Below are positions 1 to 10,442 of a stretch of 64,000 bases of DNA, piece after piece. Below the pieces are notes generated by a model. It did no database searches and had not been told where the DNA came from. It was given only the letters and a program-made list of their open reading frames with translations. Both the position numbers and the translations under genes were made by a program. Source of the DNA: an uncultured Gammaproteobacteria bacterium (GTDB taxonomy: Bacteria; Patescibacteriota; Patescibacteriia; UBA2196); assembly GCA_964522515.1 (NCBI GenBank), contig CAZFWC010000001.1, forward strand, positions 14,536-78,535, written 5' to 3'. The first letter of the stretch is position 1. Each line of letters starts with the position of its first letter.

Positions 1-29
1 TTTTTTCTTCGTGAGTCATTTTGAGTTTT

Positions 30-203
30 TCCGCCTTCGCCCCTAAAAAATCCTACTGGACTACGGCGGATACCTGTCTGCCGACAGGCAGGAATTCTTA
101 TTTAAAAAACACAGGAGCCTGTCCGCCGGCTTGCCCGCCGTAGCTTTTAGCGAAGGAGGGAGCTAGAGTTTTTTAGGATTGGGGGCGTAGGAGGATTAGG
201 CGA
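30..203. repeat. GC-rich composite palindromic element, full-length copy abutting stop codon of 204..1427
   Basis: CCGCCTTCGCCCC...CTACGGCGG / CCTGTCTGCCGACAGGCAGG / CTTGTGTTT..AAACACAGGAG / CCGCCGTAGC...GCGAAGGAGG...TTAGGCGA. Confidence 0.85.
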
Positions 204-1427
204 CTAAGGTAAATGATTTAAAGGATTAATTGGAATTCCATTTTTGCGAATTTCAAAATGCAAATGAGGACCTGTTGAAAGTCTGCCAGATCCAATTGTA
301 CCCGGCATCCCACCAGATAAGCCAATCACTTCACCTTGAGAAATAAATTGATCTTCAGAAACAAAAGATTTAGAAGTGTGTCCATACACTGTTGAAAAAC
401 CGTCACCGTGCACTAACATAATATATCCGTATCCTGTCCCATTAATGCTAACTTTTGCAACATAACCAGACGAAGCTGCTTTAATTGGAGAACCTTGCGC
501 TGATTTAATATCAATTGCAGGGTGTTCAAAAAGATATCTAAAAGGATAAGTTGGATCGTGAAAATAAGCTGTAATTCCTCTGTTTGGGACTGGCCACATA
601 AAATCAGAACCGCCCAAAGCTTGAAAATCATTATTTCCAGATAATTTTTGTCTGATTTTTTTTTCTAAATTTATAATATCTGCGTTTATTGAATTTTGCT
701 CTGATTTTAATTGTGCAACTAAAGATTGAAATTTAGATTCTGAATTTCTACTTTCAGAAAGCAAACTTTGTTTTGCATACGAGCGACTTGATAAACTAGA
801 TTCTTTTTCTTCTAATTCCGCGATTAAATTTTCTAAAGATTTTTTTTTCTTTTCTAAATTAGCAATATTAATTTCTAAATTAGATTTAAATTCTTTTATT
901 TCTCCTAATGATTGGCTTGTGTTGTTTTGCAAAATTTCAAGCGAATGAAGATGATTATAATAATCTGAAAAAGTATCTAAAGTTAAAACTAATTCAATTG
1001 AAGTTTTTTTATCCATTTTATTCATTTGTTGAATAAAATTAGTTAATCGTTTTTTGTTTGTTTTAATGTTTTCTTCAACAGTTGCAATTTTATTTTCTGT
1101 CTCATTTATTTCTAAATTAGCTTCGTCAATTTGATTTTTTTTAAGTTGAGTTTCTGTTTTTAATTTATTAATTTCATTATTTAAAATCCCAACTTGGTTG
1201 CCAAGAGAAAAAGATTGTTTTTTTTGATAATCAATACTTTTTTGATATTCTGAAATTTGCTCTTCAAGTTGTTTAATTGTGTTTCTTTTTTGCTCTATTT
1301 CGTTATTAATTTTTTGCACATTTTGATCCTGAGAAAAACTAATTGAAATTGGAAAAACAAAAAAATTAAACACTAAAATGCATAAAATTATTTTTGTAAA
1401 TATTTTAAAATTATTTTTGTTTAGCAT
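204..1427 (-). CDS. M23/LytM-family metallopeptidase with N-terminal signal/TM and long coiled-coil region (EnvC-like murein hydrolase activator)
   Basis: C-terminal LytM motifs (GHTS..., HLHFEIR), coiled-coil heptads in the N-terminal two thirds, hydrophobic N-terminus. Confidence 0.75.
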   Translation of the reverse strand: MLNKNNFKIFTKIILCILVFNFFVFPISISFSQDQNVQKINNEIEQKRNTIKQLEEQISEYQKSIDYQKKQSFSLGNQVGILNNEINKLKTETQLKKNQIDEANLEINETENKIATVEENIKTNKKRLTNFIQQMNKMDKKTSIELVLTLDTFSDYYNHLHSLEILQNNTSQSLGEIKEFKSNLEINIANLEKKKKSLENLIAELEEKESSLSSRSYAKQSLLSESRNSESKFQSLVAQLKSEQNSINADIINLEKKIRQKLSGNNDFQALGGSDFMWPVPNRGITAYFHDPTYPFRYLFEHPAIDIKSAQGSPIKAASSGYVAKVSINGTGYGYIMLVHGDGFSTVYGHTSKSFVSEDQFISQGEVIGLSGGMPGTIGSGRLSTGPHLHFEIRKNGIPINPLNHLP

Positions 1428-1641
1428 AAATTAATTATAGCATAATTTAAAATAATATGCATTGTGTAAAAAATGAATAAATATTTTTTATTATGTTTTA
1501 CCTAATTTTAGCCAAAATGTAATTTTAAGCTTGACAAAAAATGTAAATGTGTGTAAGGTTTATTGTGTAGAAATAATAAATATTTCACACTGTAAAACAA
1601 ATTAATTAACAATTTATTAATTAAATTAGGAGGAATCTAAA

Positions 1642-2163
1642 ATGGATTCTAGAAAATTTTTTTTAAGTTTGGTTTTTGTTTTTGTTTTGACATTATTTTT
1701 TGGATGTCAAAATCCAGAATTACTGGGTCCACAAAATTTAGTAAATGAACCAGTAACTTATACTGGCTACATTGTTCCTGATAAAAGTATTGTTTATACA
1801 GAATCAGGAACTACTGCTTTAGGAAATATAAATATTATATCTAGTGTGATTGATATTCAGTTATACATTAAGCTTGATCTAGATAATAAAAAGTTAGATT
1901 ATTTTAATGCAAAAAATTTGGATTTAACTTTGGAAGTTGTTTTTCAAACAAATCCACATGTTGTTATTCAAGCAACTGAGACGGATTTTATTAATTATTC
2001 GCTAATCAAAAAAGAATTCTCACCAAATGAATTTGTTTATAGTTTTAATTTTAATCGCCAAAAACTTCAGGTTGTTGCTCGATCGTGGTCAGATTTAAAA
2101 ATTAATCCACAAAATAATTGTAATAATAAAATTACTGTGGATGGATTTTGGAACTCCAAATAA
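1642..2163 (+). CDS. hypothetical lipoprotein
   Basis: AGGAGG 7 nt upstream of ATG; signal peptide with lipobox-like FFGC; followed by hairpin terminator. Confidence 0.5.
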   Translation: MDSRKFFLSLVFVFVLTLFFGCQNPELLGPQNLVNEPVTYTGYIVPDKSIVYTESGTTALGNINIISSVIDIQLYIKLDLDNKKLDYFNAKNLDLTLEVVFQTNPHVVIQATETDFINYSLIKKEFSPNEFVYSFNFNRQKLQVVARSWSDLKINPQNNCNNKITVDGFWNSK

Positions 2164-2179
2164 TTTTTCAACAAAAATA

Positions 2180-2211
2180 CCCCAAGGTTTTAAACTTTGG
2201 GGATTTTTTTT
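2180..2211 (+). terminator. Rho-independent terminator (CCCCAAGG...CTTTGGGG + T-run)
   Basis: 8-bp GC stem, 7-nt loop, followed by ATTTTTTTT. Confidence 0.6.
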
Positions 2212-2286
2212 AACAACAAAATATCTCCAGTCAAGAGCGAAGGAACTAAATCATTTATTTTTAGTAATTTTTAAAGTTGTTTAGAA

Positions 2287-3732
2287 TTACGAAAGTAAAT
2301 CAATTCCTTTTTTAATTCTTATTAGACTTTTTTCTTTTCCTAAAACTTCCGCTACTTCAAATGGACCAGGAGAATTTTTTCTACCTGTTAAAGCAACGCG
2401 CAAAGGCCAAAGCGTGTCCCCTGTTCCCAAATTTTTAGCTTTGATTAATCCAATAATTAATTGTTCCAAAGCGCTACGAGTCCAGTTTTGTTCAGGAATT
2501 TTTTCTAATTCTTTGTGCAAAAATTCTAATTTTTGTTTTGCGTCAATTAAATCAGATTTTTTCCATTTTAATAATTCTTTATCATAATTTATTTTTTTAA
2601 AAAAATATTCTGTAGCTTCTGAAATTTCAGAAAGTTTTTTAATTCTTTCTTGCTCTAAAGCAACAACTTTTTGAATATATTTTTCATTGTAACTTTCAGA
2701 GTCAACTAAATTATTATCAATTAAATAAGGCAAACAAAGTTCAGCAAAATTTTCTAAATTTAATTTACGAATATAAAATCCGTTCATCCAATCTAATTTT
2801 TCTTTATCAAAAATTGCTCCAGCTTTGTGAACTTTTTCTAAAGAAAATTCATATTCAAGTTTTTCTAAAGTAAAAATTTCTCTTTCATCTCCTGGATTCC
2901 AACCAAGAAGCGCAATATAATTTATTAGCGCTTGCGCTAAATATCCTAATTTTTTAAATTCTAAAACTCCAACTGCTCCGTGTCGTTTTGATAATTTAGA
3001 TTTATCTGAAGCTAAAACCATTGGCAAGTGCGCAAATTTTGGAGTTTCCCAATTAAAATAATTATATAAAATAATATGTTTTGGTGTTGAAGGCAACCAC
3101 TCTTCTGCTCTGATAATGTGAGTAATTTTCATTTCGTGGTCGTCAACTACATTTGCCAAATGATAAGTTGGGTAGCCATCTGATTTTAAAAGTATTTGGT
3201 CGTCAATTTCTTCGTGATTAAATTCAACTTGACCTCGGATTAAATCAATGAATTTTGTTTTGCCTTCTGGAATTTTCATTCTAACAACACAAGGAATTTT
3301 AGCTTTTAATTTTTTTTCAATTTCTTCTTGAGTTAAATTTAAACAGCGACGGTCGTATTTTGGCGCTTGCTTGTTTTGCTCTTGATTTTGTCGCATTTTA
3401 ACTAAAGTTTTTTGAGTACAAAAACAATAATATGCTTTGCCTTCTTGCACAAGTTGTTCTGCGTATTTTTTATAAATTTTTATTCTTGAAGATTGATAAG
3501 GAATATTATTTAAATTATCTGGTTTTATTTTTGCCCATTTTAAACCATCTAAAATCGAATCAATACTTCCCTCTTTAAATCTTGCTTGATCTGTGTCTTC
3601 AATTCTTAATAAAAATTCACCATTATTTTTTTTAGCAAATAAATATGCAAAAAGCGCAGTTCTTAAACTGCCAATGTGTAAATCACCTGTTGGGCTTGGA
3701 GGAAATCTAGTTTTTATTTTATTATTTGTCAT
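2287..3732 (-). CDS. gltX: glutamyl-tRNA synthetase
   Basis: HIGH-type motif (PSPTGDLHIGSLRTA), KLSKR motif, full-length class I GluRS architecture. Confidence 0.9.
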   Translation of the reverse strand: MTNNKIKTRFPPSPTGDLHIGSLRTALFAYLFAKKNNGEFLLRIEDTDQARFKEGSIDSILDGLKWAKIKPDNLNNIPYQSSRIKIYKKYAEQLVQEGKAYYCFCTQKTLVKMRQNQEQNKQAPKYDRRCLNLTQEEIEKKLKAKIPCVVRMKIPEGKTKFIDLIRGQVEFNHEEIDDQILLKSDGYPTYHLANVVDDHEMKITHIIRAEEWLPSTPKHIILYNYFNWETPKFAHLPMVLASDKSKLSKRHGAVGVLEFKKLGYLAQALINYIALLGWNPGDEREIFTLEKLEYEFSLEKVHKAGAIFDKEKLDWMNGFYIRKLNLENFAELCLPYLIDNNLVDSESYNEKYIQKVVALEQERIKKLSEISEATEYFFKKINYDKELLKWKKSDLIDAKQKLEFLHKELEKIPEQNWTRSALEQLIIGLIKAKNLGTGDTLWPLRVALTGRKNSPGPFEVAEVLGKEKSLIRIKKGIDLLS

Positions 3733-3815
3733 ATTAGTTTAGCACGCGAATTTTCAGAATTACCTAAAATTTACGCGAATTTAATTCTGGTTTATTATGG
3801 TTATTTTGGAAATTC
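3733..3815. repeat. AT-rich palindromic intergenic repeat family (cacgcgaatt / ccagaat modules), copy 1
   Basis: shares about 30-nt blocks AATTTTAGGTAATTCTGG.AATTCG.GT.CTAT with 17080..17165 and 30720..30840. Confidence 0.7.
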
Positions 3816-4620
3816 GTGTGCTATTTTTTAATGAATTTGTAAAAACCAACCACGAAAATCTCACAACCGCGTTAAAGATTCTTTTAAATCGGCGCGGTTC
3901 TTTTTTTAATCTATAAATCCATTCATACGAGCTCTGTAAATTTTCAGGAGCTCTTTTTATTTTTCCTGAAATGTAATCAAACGCACCCCCAACTCCAATT
4001 GCTAATTTCACACTTGGCATTTTTGATAAATTTTCATTAATCCATTTTTGCGCGTGTGGATGATTTAAAGCGACAAACAAAATATCTGTTTGAAAATTAT
4101 TTATTTTTTCAATAATATTATGTGTTTCAAAAACAGAATAATTAATTTGTAAATTTGGATTTTGTTTTTTTAAATTTTCTGCAGTTAATTCAGATGTGTT
4201 GTTGTAACCGCCCAGTAAAAATATTTTATTATTTACTAATTTACAAATTTCAGGAATTAAATCAGCGCCAGTTATTATTTCTTTAATAATATTTAATTTT
4301 TCATCATTTCTAGTTATCCCCCACCAAGCAATTTTTAATCCAATAAAAAATTTCAGAATTCTAGAATTTTTATTTTTTATTAAATCTAAATATTTTGTTG
4401 CTAATTTAATCCCGTACCCGTCTGCAACTGACAACCACGAATTATTAATTATATTTTTAAATTCTGCATCTTTTTGCGCTTCAAAAATAAATTCAGGATT
4501 AGTTGTTACTAATTGATGTTGCTCGTTTGTATTTGATAATAATAAATTCTTAATTTTATCTAAAACTTCATTTTTAGAAATTATATTAATTTTTACATCT
4601 AATATTTTAATTTGATTCAT
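3781..4620 (-). CDS. WecB/TagA/CpsF-family glycosyltransferase
   Basis: family-typical C-terminal block GVGGAFD...RAP...W..R...EPRR; size about 280 aa. Confidence 0.7.
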   Translation of the reverse strand: MNQIKILDVKINIISKNEVLDKIKNLLLSNTNEQHQLVTTNPEFIFEAQKDAEFKNIINNSWLSVADGYGIKLATKYLDLIKNKNSRILKFFIGLKIAWWGITRNDEKLNIIKEIITGADLIPEICKLVNNKIFLLGGYNNTSELTAENLKKQNPNLQINYSVFETHNIIEKINNFQTDILFVALNHPHAQKWINENLSKMPSVKLAIGVGGAFDYISGKIKRAPENLQSSYEWIYRLKKEPRRFKRIFNAVVRFSWLVFTNSLKNSTRISKITIINQN

Positions 4621-4657
4621 AAATTAATTTTAGCAATTTATTATTGATTTGACAAAT

Positions 4658-4687
4658 TTTGAATTTTTGTTATAATAAAATTATAAA
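4658..4687 (+). promoter_or_regulatory. sigma70-like promoter (TTGACA-16-TATAAT) upstream of ORF 4726
   Basis: canonical -35/-10 hexamers with 16-nt spacer; GGAGGG SD 8 nt upstream of TTG start. Confidence 0.5.
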
Positions 4688-4725
4688 AATTTTTATTAAT
4701 AACTAAACAAAATGGAGGGAATAAA

Positions 4726-5001
4726 TTGAAAATAGCAAATATTGATGGAGAGTTGGTTATTAAGTATGGAAGGAAGAAAATTTTAGATTTATTGAAAGAC
4801 AAAAAAACACAACAGGAATTAGAGAATTTTTTACAAGGCACATCAAAAGAAATTCTAATTAAATTTTGTGGGAATAGAAAAGATAATAAAAAGAAAGAGA
4901 AAAAAATTCAAAGTGTGGTAGCGAATTGGGAAGAGAATTTGATTAGAAAGGTTTTAGAGGGTACAAAATTTGAAAAAAAATTAAAAAACGCACTTAAATA
5001 A
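4726..5001 (+). CDS. hypothetical small lysine-rich protein (TTG start)
   Basis: ORF with strong SD and promoter; no recognisable domain. Confidence 0.35.
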   Translation: MKIANIDGELVIKYGRKKILDLLKDKKTQQELENFLQGTSKEILIKFCGNRKDNKKKEKKIQSVVANWEENLIRKVLEGTKFEKKLKNALK

Positions 5002-5026
5002 AAAATCAATTAGGTGCGCTATTTTT

Positions 5027-7900
5027 TTACTGCATTTTTATTAAATAATATCCATCAGTTTCTAAGTTATCTTGATAAATAATTTTTTGTCCAGATTTGT
5101 TAAGTTTATTTTTAGCTTTGTGATCAATTATTTCAAAATCAGCAGGTAAAGTGATTTGACTTGTGAAATCAGTTAAAGATAATCCTGGTTGTTTTTGAAC
5201 AATTAAATTGTATTGCAAATTATTTTTTTGATTATTAAAATTTAAAAATCCAAATATTTTTTCAAAGAAATTTTCATCATTTTTTTCAAGTTTAAAAGGT
5301 AATTTATATTTTAAAATAATTTCTTTTGATTCATTTGGTTTTAAACTTAACCACCCAGCGAAAACAGTTTTATCAAATTCTTCAGTAATTCTAACATTAA
5401 ATTCTTCATTTAAAATAGGATTTTTTTCAATATTTTTTAAATCAACATCTTCAGTTAAATTTATTTGATTGTCAGCCGCAGCTTTAACAAGAAAACTTGG
5501 TTTAATTTCAAAACCATTTGCAGAAATTAATTTACTATTTTTTGGAACATAAAATTTAATATAATCTACATTTTCTGCTTTTTCAAAAATATCATTTAAA
5601 TCCCCGTTGTGTTTTCTTTTTAAAGAAACAGTATCAATTAAATCTCCATTAGAATTTATTTCAACAAAATGAGAAATTTGATTTTTAATTACTTTATCTG
5701 TTTTTCCACCTGCTAAACTAGCGTGAAAAATTGCAAGATAATCACCTTGTGTTTGCGCGATTTTTCCAGACCAAGAAAATTCATTTGCAACTTTTTGCAT
5801 TTCATTATTTTTAAACCACAAAAGAATATTTTTGTTGGATAAATTATTAAAAATTGTTTGCGCAAAAGTTGGTGTTTGATCAATTTTTAAATTAAAAATT
5901 TTTTCTAATAATTTTGGCATCAAATCCGCAATAATTTGTTTTGGTTTATTTTTTTCTTTGTTATATTCATATTCAACAGCCATTTGAATTTCTTTAGTAA
6001 AATTTTCTTGTGAAATTGTTTTTTCATAATTTGGCATTTCAATTGGACCAGTTATTTTTAGCAAATCTTTTATTAGATCAGGCGTTAGTGTAATTATTCC
6101 GTCCAAAGTTGTTCCCCCTAAAGTGTCTTCATAAAATAATGAGATTTTTTTTGCAGACGCTTCCCAATCTGCAAACCAATTTGCGTCCCAAATTTTCCAA
6201 TCAGGTGAAAAATGTTGTAGTTGTTTTGGAGCTTCAACTTGCATTTTAGTTGAGGCTTTTAAATCATAAAATCCTCCACCAGGAATTTTTAAATTAATAA
6301 TTTTTGCGTTTTGAATTTCAATTAAAGCATAAGACCCCATAAAACCGCCAGTTGGTCTGATTTCAGAATTGTTTTGAAAAATAATTAAATATCTCATTAT
6401 TTTATTTTGTCCTAAAAATGAATCTAAAAAAATATTTAAAGTTTTCAATTTATTTATATAATTTTTTAAAGCTGGCAACGAGGATTTAAATAAAATTAAT
6501 TTTTCAATATTTTCTTCATCAATATATTTGCTTAAAATGTCAACATCAATTTTATCTGCCTTATTTAAAAGTTCTAAAATTTGTGGTTCAATTTGTTTTA
6601 ATTTTTCAGAAGTTAATTTAATTTTTTCACTTAATTTGTTTTCTGAATTTGTGTTTGAATTTATTTTTTCTAATTCTTCACTAAGCTTAGAAATATCTTG
6701 ACCAAGTTCCGCAGATATTTGCCCAATTAATAATAAATTTTCAGCTTGTTGCGCTTCAGGAATAATTTTAATAATTTGTTTGCTAAAAATTCCTAAATTA
6801 GATAAATAATTTCGCGCAATTTTAAAATTAAAATACGCTTGTTCAAAATATTCATTTGCTTCATTAAAATCTAAATCTTTTGTTAAAATAGAAGCGTCTT
6901 TTAATAAATCTAATCCTTGAATTGATTTGCCTAAAACCTGTCCTTTGATTTGATTTGTTTTTTGTTTTAAATTTAAAATTTGTAAAGGCAAAACAATAAT
7001 TAAACAAACTAAAGCAAATGATAAAATTGGTTTAAAATTAATTTTTATTTTTATTTTTTTAAAAGCGGATTGCGTTGAAATTGGAATTGGAACTTTAGCA
7101 AATTTTGATTTTTTAAAAAATAAAATAAAAGTTTTTAAATTTAAAATAAATGATTTTGCTAAATTAAAAAAAGCTAAAGTTGTGTTTTTAATTAACCACC
7201 AAATTGATTTAAGCGAACGATCAACAATAAAATCTAAAACGCGAAATGGGAAAGTTATAATTTGCCAGATTAAATTTAAATTAACTTTTATTACTTTAAA
7301 TATTTTTTGCGCTAAAGTTAGGTCGCTAAAATCTGTTTGAATTATTTGCGATTTTTTTGTTTCTAATTCTAAAAAATTTTGTGTTAGATCAAGCTTAATT
7401 TTTGATTTTATTTTTTGTTTTTCTGGTTTGTAGTATTTAATTTTTTCAATAATTCCATCAGATTCATCTGGCGATTCAAAATCAATTTTTGGTTGCTGAT
7501 CAATTTGTTGAGTATCTTGTTTTCTTTTTTTTTCCTGAACAAAATTGCTAAACCAATCTTCTGTGTTAAAATTTGGAGTTGAAAAATTTGGTAAATTGTG
7601 AAGAGGTTCTTTTTCTTGAAATTCTAATTTCAATAAATTTTTATTTGGATGTTTTAAATCAAGCAAGTGATTTGATAAATTATGTTTTTGATTTGTAAAA
7701 TTTATTTTTGATTTTATTTTTCCTGCCCGCCGTAGCTTTGGCGAAGGAGGGCTGTTGTCTAGTTTTTCTTTATTTATAGAAACAGGAAAAACAAAATCCT
7801 CTGCCCAGTTATCTGATTGAATTTTTTTAAATTTATTTTTTAATTTATTTTTTTGCATATTAAAAAATTTATTGTCCCGAGTACTAGGGATTATCCACAC
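5027..7900 (-). CDS. large membrane-anchored protein, DUF4012-like (RPTGGFMGSY motif)
   Basis: single TM at about residue 290, C-terminal 600 aa with RPTGGFMGSY motif recalled from DUF4012 proteins; N-terminal 70 aa probably not real (GTG start overlaps palindromic elements; likely start near 7858 MQKNKL). Confidence 0.5.
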   Translation of the reverse strand: MWIIPSTRDNKFFNMQKNKLKNKFKKIQSDNWAEDFVFPVSINKEKLDNSPPSPKLRRAGKIKSKINFTNQKHNLSNHLLDLKHPNKNLLKLEFQEKEPLHNLPNFSTPNFNTEDWFSNFVQEKKRKQDTQQIDQQPKIDFESPDESDGIIEKIKYYKPEKQKIKSKIKLDLTQNFLELETKKSQIIQTDFSDLTLAQKIFKVIKVNLNLIWQIITFPFRVLDFIVDRSLKSIWWLIKNTTLAFFNLAKSFILNLKTFILFFKKSKFAKVPIPISTQSAFKKIKIKINFKPILSFALVCLIIVLPLQILNLKQKTNQIKGQVLGKSIQGLDLLKDASILTKDLDFNEANEYFEQAYFNFKIARNYLSNLGIFSKQIIKIIPEAQQAENLLLIGQISAELGQDISKLSEELEKINSNTNSENKLSEKIKLTSEKLKQIEPQILELLNKADKIDVDILSKYIDEENIEKLILFKSSLPALKNYINKLKTLNIFLDSFLGQNKIMRYLIIFQNNSEIRPTGGFMGSYALIEIQNAKIINLKIPGGGFYDLKASTKMQVEAPKQLQHFSPDWKIWDANWFADWEASAKKISLFYEDTLGGTTLDGIITLTPDLIKDLLKITGPIEMPNYEKTISQENFTKEIQMAVEYEYNKEKNKPKQIIADLMPKLLEKIFNLKIDQTPTFAQTIFNNLSNKNILLWFKNNEMQKVANEFSWSGKIAQTQGDYLAIFHASLAGGKTDKVIKNQISHFVEINSNGDLIDTVSLKRKHNGDLNDIFEKAENVDYIKFYVPKNSKLISANGFEIKPSFLVKAAADNQINLTEDVDLKNIEKNPILNEEFNVRITEEFDKTVFAGWLSLKPNESKEIILKYKLPFKLEKNDENFFEKIFGFLNFNNQKNNLQYNLIVQKQPGLSLTDFTSQITLPADFEIIDHKAKNKLNKSGQKIIYQDNLETDGYYLIKMQ
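7722..7755. repeat. intragenic in-frame GC-rich element core (in DUF4012-like gene)
   Basis: CCTGCCCGCCGTAGCTTTGGCGAAGGAGG; ORF continuous across it (…PPSPKLRRAG…). Confidence 0.8.
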
Positions 7901-8001
7901 TTTAACATTTTCTTAGTTAAATTATATCATAAATAAAAAAAATCTACGAGCAATTTTAACTCGTAGATTGAGAAATTTTGAGTTTTTTATCTTTAAAAAA
8001 A

Positions 8002-8247
8002 TTACGAGTCACTAATCTGACGACTTTGTGAGTTTAAATCACCTAAATAAACAAATAAAAACACTAGTGCTAATATATTTATTAATATCGCCACTCCAAG
8101 TATTATATCAATGATAGTAATTAAATTCCATTCATTTTTTGTTGTTAACCCTAATGTTAGAATTAATGCAAATTCAAATAAAATAGAACTCCACAACCAT
8201 TTTTTGCCTTTTTTAATTTTTTCGGAAAGTGTTTTTTGTAATGGCAT
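8002..8247 (-). CDS. small hypothetical membrane protein
   Basis: two predicted TM helices; no homology recognised. Confidence 0.3.
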   Translation of the reverse strand: MPLQKTLSEKIKKGKKWLWSSILFEFALILTLGLTTKNEWNLITIIDIILGVAILINILALVFLFVYLGDLNSQSRQISDS

Positions 8248-8326
8248 ATTTTAGTCCCTCCTTTGATTTTATTGTGAAATGAAGTAAAATTAATTTGTAA
8301 AGAAAGTTTAAAAAATTAAATAAATT

Positions 8327-10429
8327 ATGTCAAGCTCAAAATTATCAATTTTAAATTTATTTTTAGCAATTTTATTAAGTTTTAATATTTTTGTTTTTCA
8401 ATCCCCTATTTTAGGAATTATTTGTGGTGTTTTATTTTTAATTTTATGCAGTTGGTTAATAAATAAAAAAAATATTATTTTTGGTTTGCTAAAATTTTTA
8501 TCAATTTTAATTATTATTTTAAGCCTGATTTATTATTTTTATGAATTAAATAATTTTGTAATTGTTGGGTTTTTAGTTTTGTCAGCTTTAGTTATTTTAT
8601 TTTTAAATATTTTAAATAAAAATAATTACAAATTACAAGTTACAAATTACAAGTTACTTTTTAATTATAAAAAAATATTATTTGTTTTATTTTATTTAAT
8701 TTTACTTACAACTACTTATTTTTTACTTAAACAAGGCTCAACTTTAGAATCAGTTCGCACACCTTGGCACTTTGTTTCTAAATGGTTTTTTGTTTTATAT
8801 TTTGTAACCTCAGCGTGGTTAATTTTTATATTAACACGCTTAAAAACGGTTTCTGTTTTAATTTTAAGTAGTTTGCATTTATTTTTTACATTTTCAATTG
8901 CTAATATTATTTTTCCTTTAGGCTTTGGTTACGATCCATTTATTCATCAAGCAACTGAAAAATATATTCTTGAACACGGGTTTATTTTGCCAAAACCATT
9001 TTATTATTTAGGTCAATATTCTTTAGTTATTTTTTTTACTAAAATTTTTCAAATTTCACACATAATTATTGATAAAAATTTAGTTCCTTTGCTTTCTGCA
9101 ATTTTACTACCGTCAACAATTTATTATTCTTTTAAAAAAATATTCCCTAATCTCTATTCTCTATTCCCTATTTTTATTTTTTTATTTATTCCTTTTTCAA
9201 TTTTAACTTTTACAACACCTCAAAATTTAGCTGATTTATTTGTAATTATTTTAGCATTTTTAGGTTTTGCTTGTTTAAATAAATCCCACATTTTACCACA
9301 AAATATTAAATCTAACACAGAAAGGGATAAACAAATTTCAATTTATTTTTTAACTTTGTTGGTTGTTGCAATTTTAATAATTCACCCAATTGCTGGTTTA
9401 GCTGGAATAATTTTTTTGTCTGTGTTGTGGGTAGATAAATTAAAAATAAAAACTTGGTTGCGTAGATTAGTTTATACTTTTTTATGTTTTTTAATGTTAA
9501 TTGCTTTTGTTATTTTGTCTTTTATTTCCAGATTTGAAATTAATTTTGTAAATAATTTTAATTTAATTAATTTTTTTAAAAATTGTTTTAGATTTTTTCC
9601 TGATTTGCACTTGAACACAAATATTGTTCACCTTGTTACAACTGTTGCTTATTTTATTTGGCAACCTTTAGTTTTATTTTTAATAATTTTAATTTTAGCA
9701 TTTTTTGGATTTAGATATTTTAAAAATAAATTACAAATTAAAAATTACGAATTACTAATTACTTTTTTAATTTTACTAATAAATTCTATTTTAGTTTTTT
9801 CTTTTTTAGATTTTGATTTTTTAATTCTTTACGAACGCGGAGATTTTGCTTTAAGGATTTTTAATCTAGCTGTTTGGTTTCTTGTGCCTTTAGCATTATA
9901 TTTTATATTTTTTTATCTTTATATTTTTATATCCAAAAATAAATATATAAAGTTAATTATGTTTTTAATTTTAGCTAGTATCTTAACTGGTTCTTTATAT
10001 TTTTCTTATCCGCGAGCAGACCGTTATTTTACTTACCGCGGTTTTAATTCTTCAATTTACGATTTTAATGCTATAAAATATTTAGAAAAAAATACAAACG
10101 AAACTTATGTTGTTTTAGCAAATCAGCAAATTGGAGCAACAGCTCTTACAATTTATGGATTTCATTATTTTGATGATAAATATTTTTTTTATTCAATTCC
10201 AACAGGCGGTGAATTGCACAAAGTTTTTTGGCAAATGGTTTATGAAGAACCAACTTATGAAAAAGCAAAAATTGCAATGGATTTAACGGGTGTAGATGTG
10301 GTTTATTTTTATTTACCAGATTATTGGTTTAATTTAAAAAAACTCTTTCCAGTTGCTTTGAAAGAGTCTAGTGGCTTAGAAATTTTAGAAAATGGAAAAA
10401 TTTGGGTTTTTAAATATATCAAAAAATAA
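8327..10429 (+). CDS. polytopic membrane protein, possible GT-C-fold glycosyltransferase/polymer glycosylase (YfhO/GtrC-like)
   Basis: 700 aa with more than 12 hydrophobic helices; context in glycosyltransferase locus with GtrA/GtrB-like pair; assignment by architecture only. Confidence 0.4.
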   Translation: MSSSKLSILNLFLAILLSFNIFVFQSPILGIICGVLFLILCSWLINKKNIIFGLLKFLSILIIILSLIYYFYELNNFVIVGFLVLSALVILFLNILNKNNYKLQVTNYKLLFNYKKILFVLFYLILLTTTYFLLKQGSTLESVRTPWHFVSKWFFVLYFVTSAWLIFILTRLKTVSVLILSSLHLFFTFSIANIIFPLGFGYDPFIHQATEKYILEHGFILPKPFYYLGQYSLVIFFTKIFQISHIIIDKNLVPLLSAILLPSTIYYSFKKIFPNLYSLFPIFIFLFIPFSILTFTTPQNLADLFVIILAFLGFACLNKSHILPQNIKSNTERDKQISIYFLTLLVVAILIIHPIAGLAGIIFLSVLWVDKLKIKTWLRRLVYTFLCFLMLIAFVILSFISRFEINFVNNFNLINFFKNCFRFFPDLHLNTNIVHLVTTVAYFIWQPLVLFLIILILAFFGFRYFKNKLQIKNYELLITFLILLINSILVFSFLDFDFLILYERGDFALRIFNLAVWFLVPLALYFIFFYLYIFISKNKYIKLIMFLILASILTGSLYFSYPRADRYFTYRGFNSSIYDFNAIKYLEKNTNETYVVLANQQIGATALTIYGFHYFDDKYFFYSIPTGGELHKVFWQMVYEEPTYEKAKIAMDLTGVDVVYFYLPDYWFNLKKLFPVALKESSGLEILENGKIWVFKYIKK

Positions 10430-10442
10430 ATATTTTTAAATT

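Noticed and set aside
413-631. 72-aa ORF fully nested antisense/out-of-frame in the M23 peptidase gene
   Set aside because: Low-complexity, no start context, entirely inside a well-supported CDS; typical spurious ORF.
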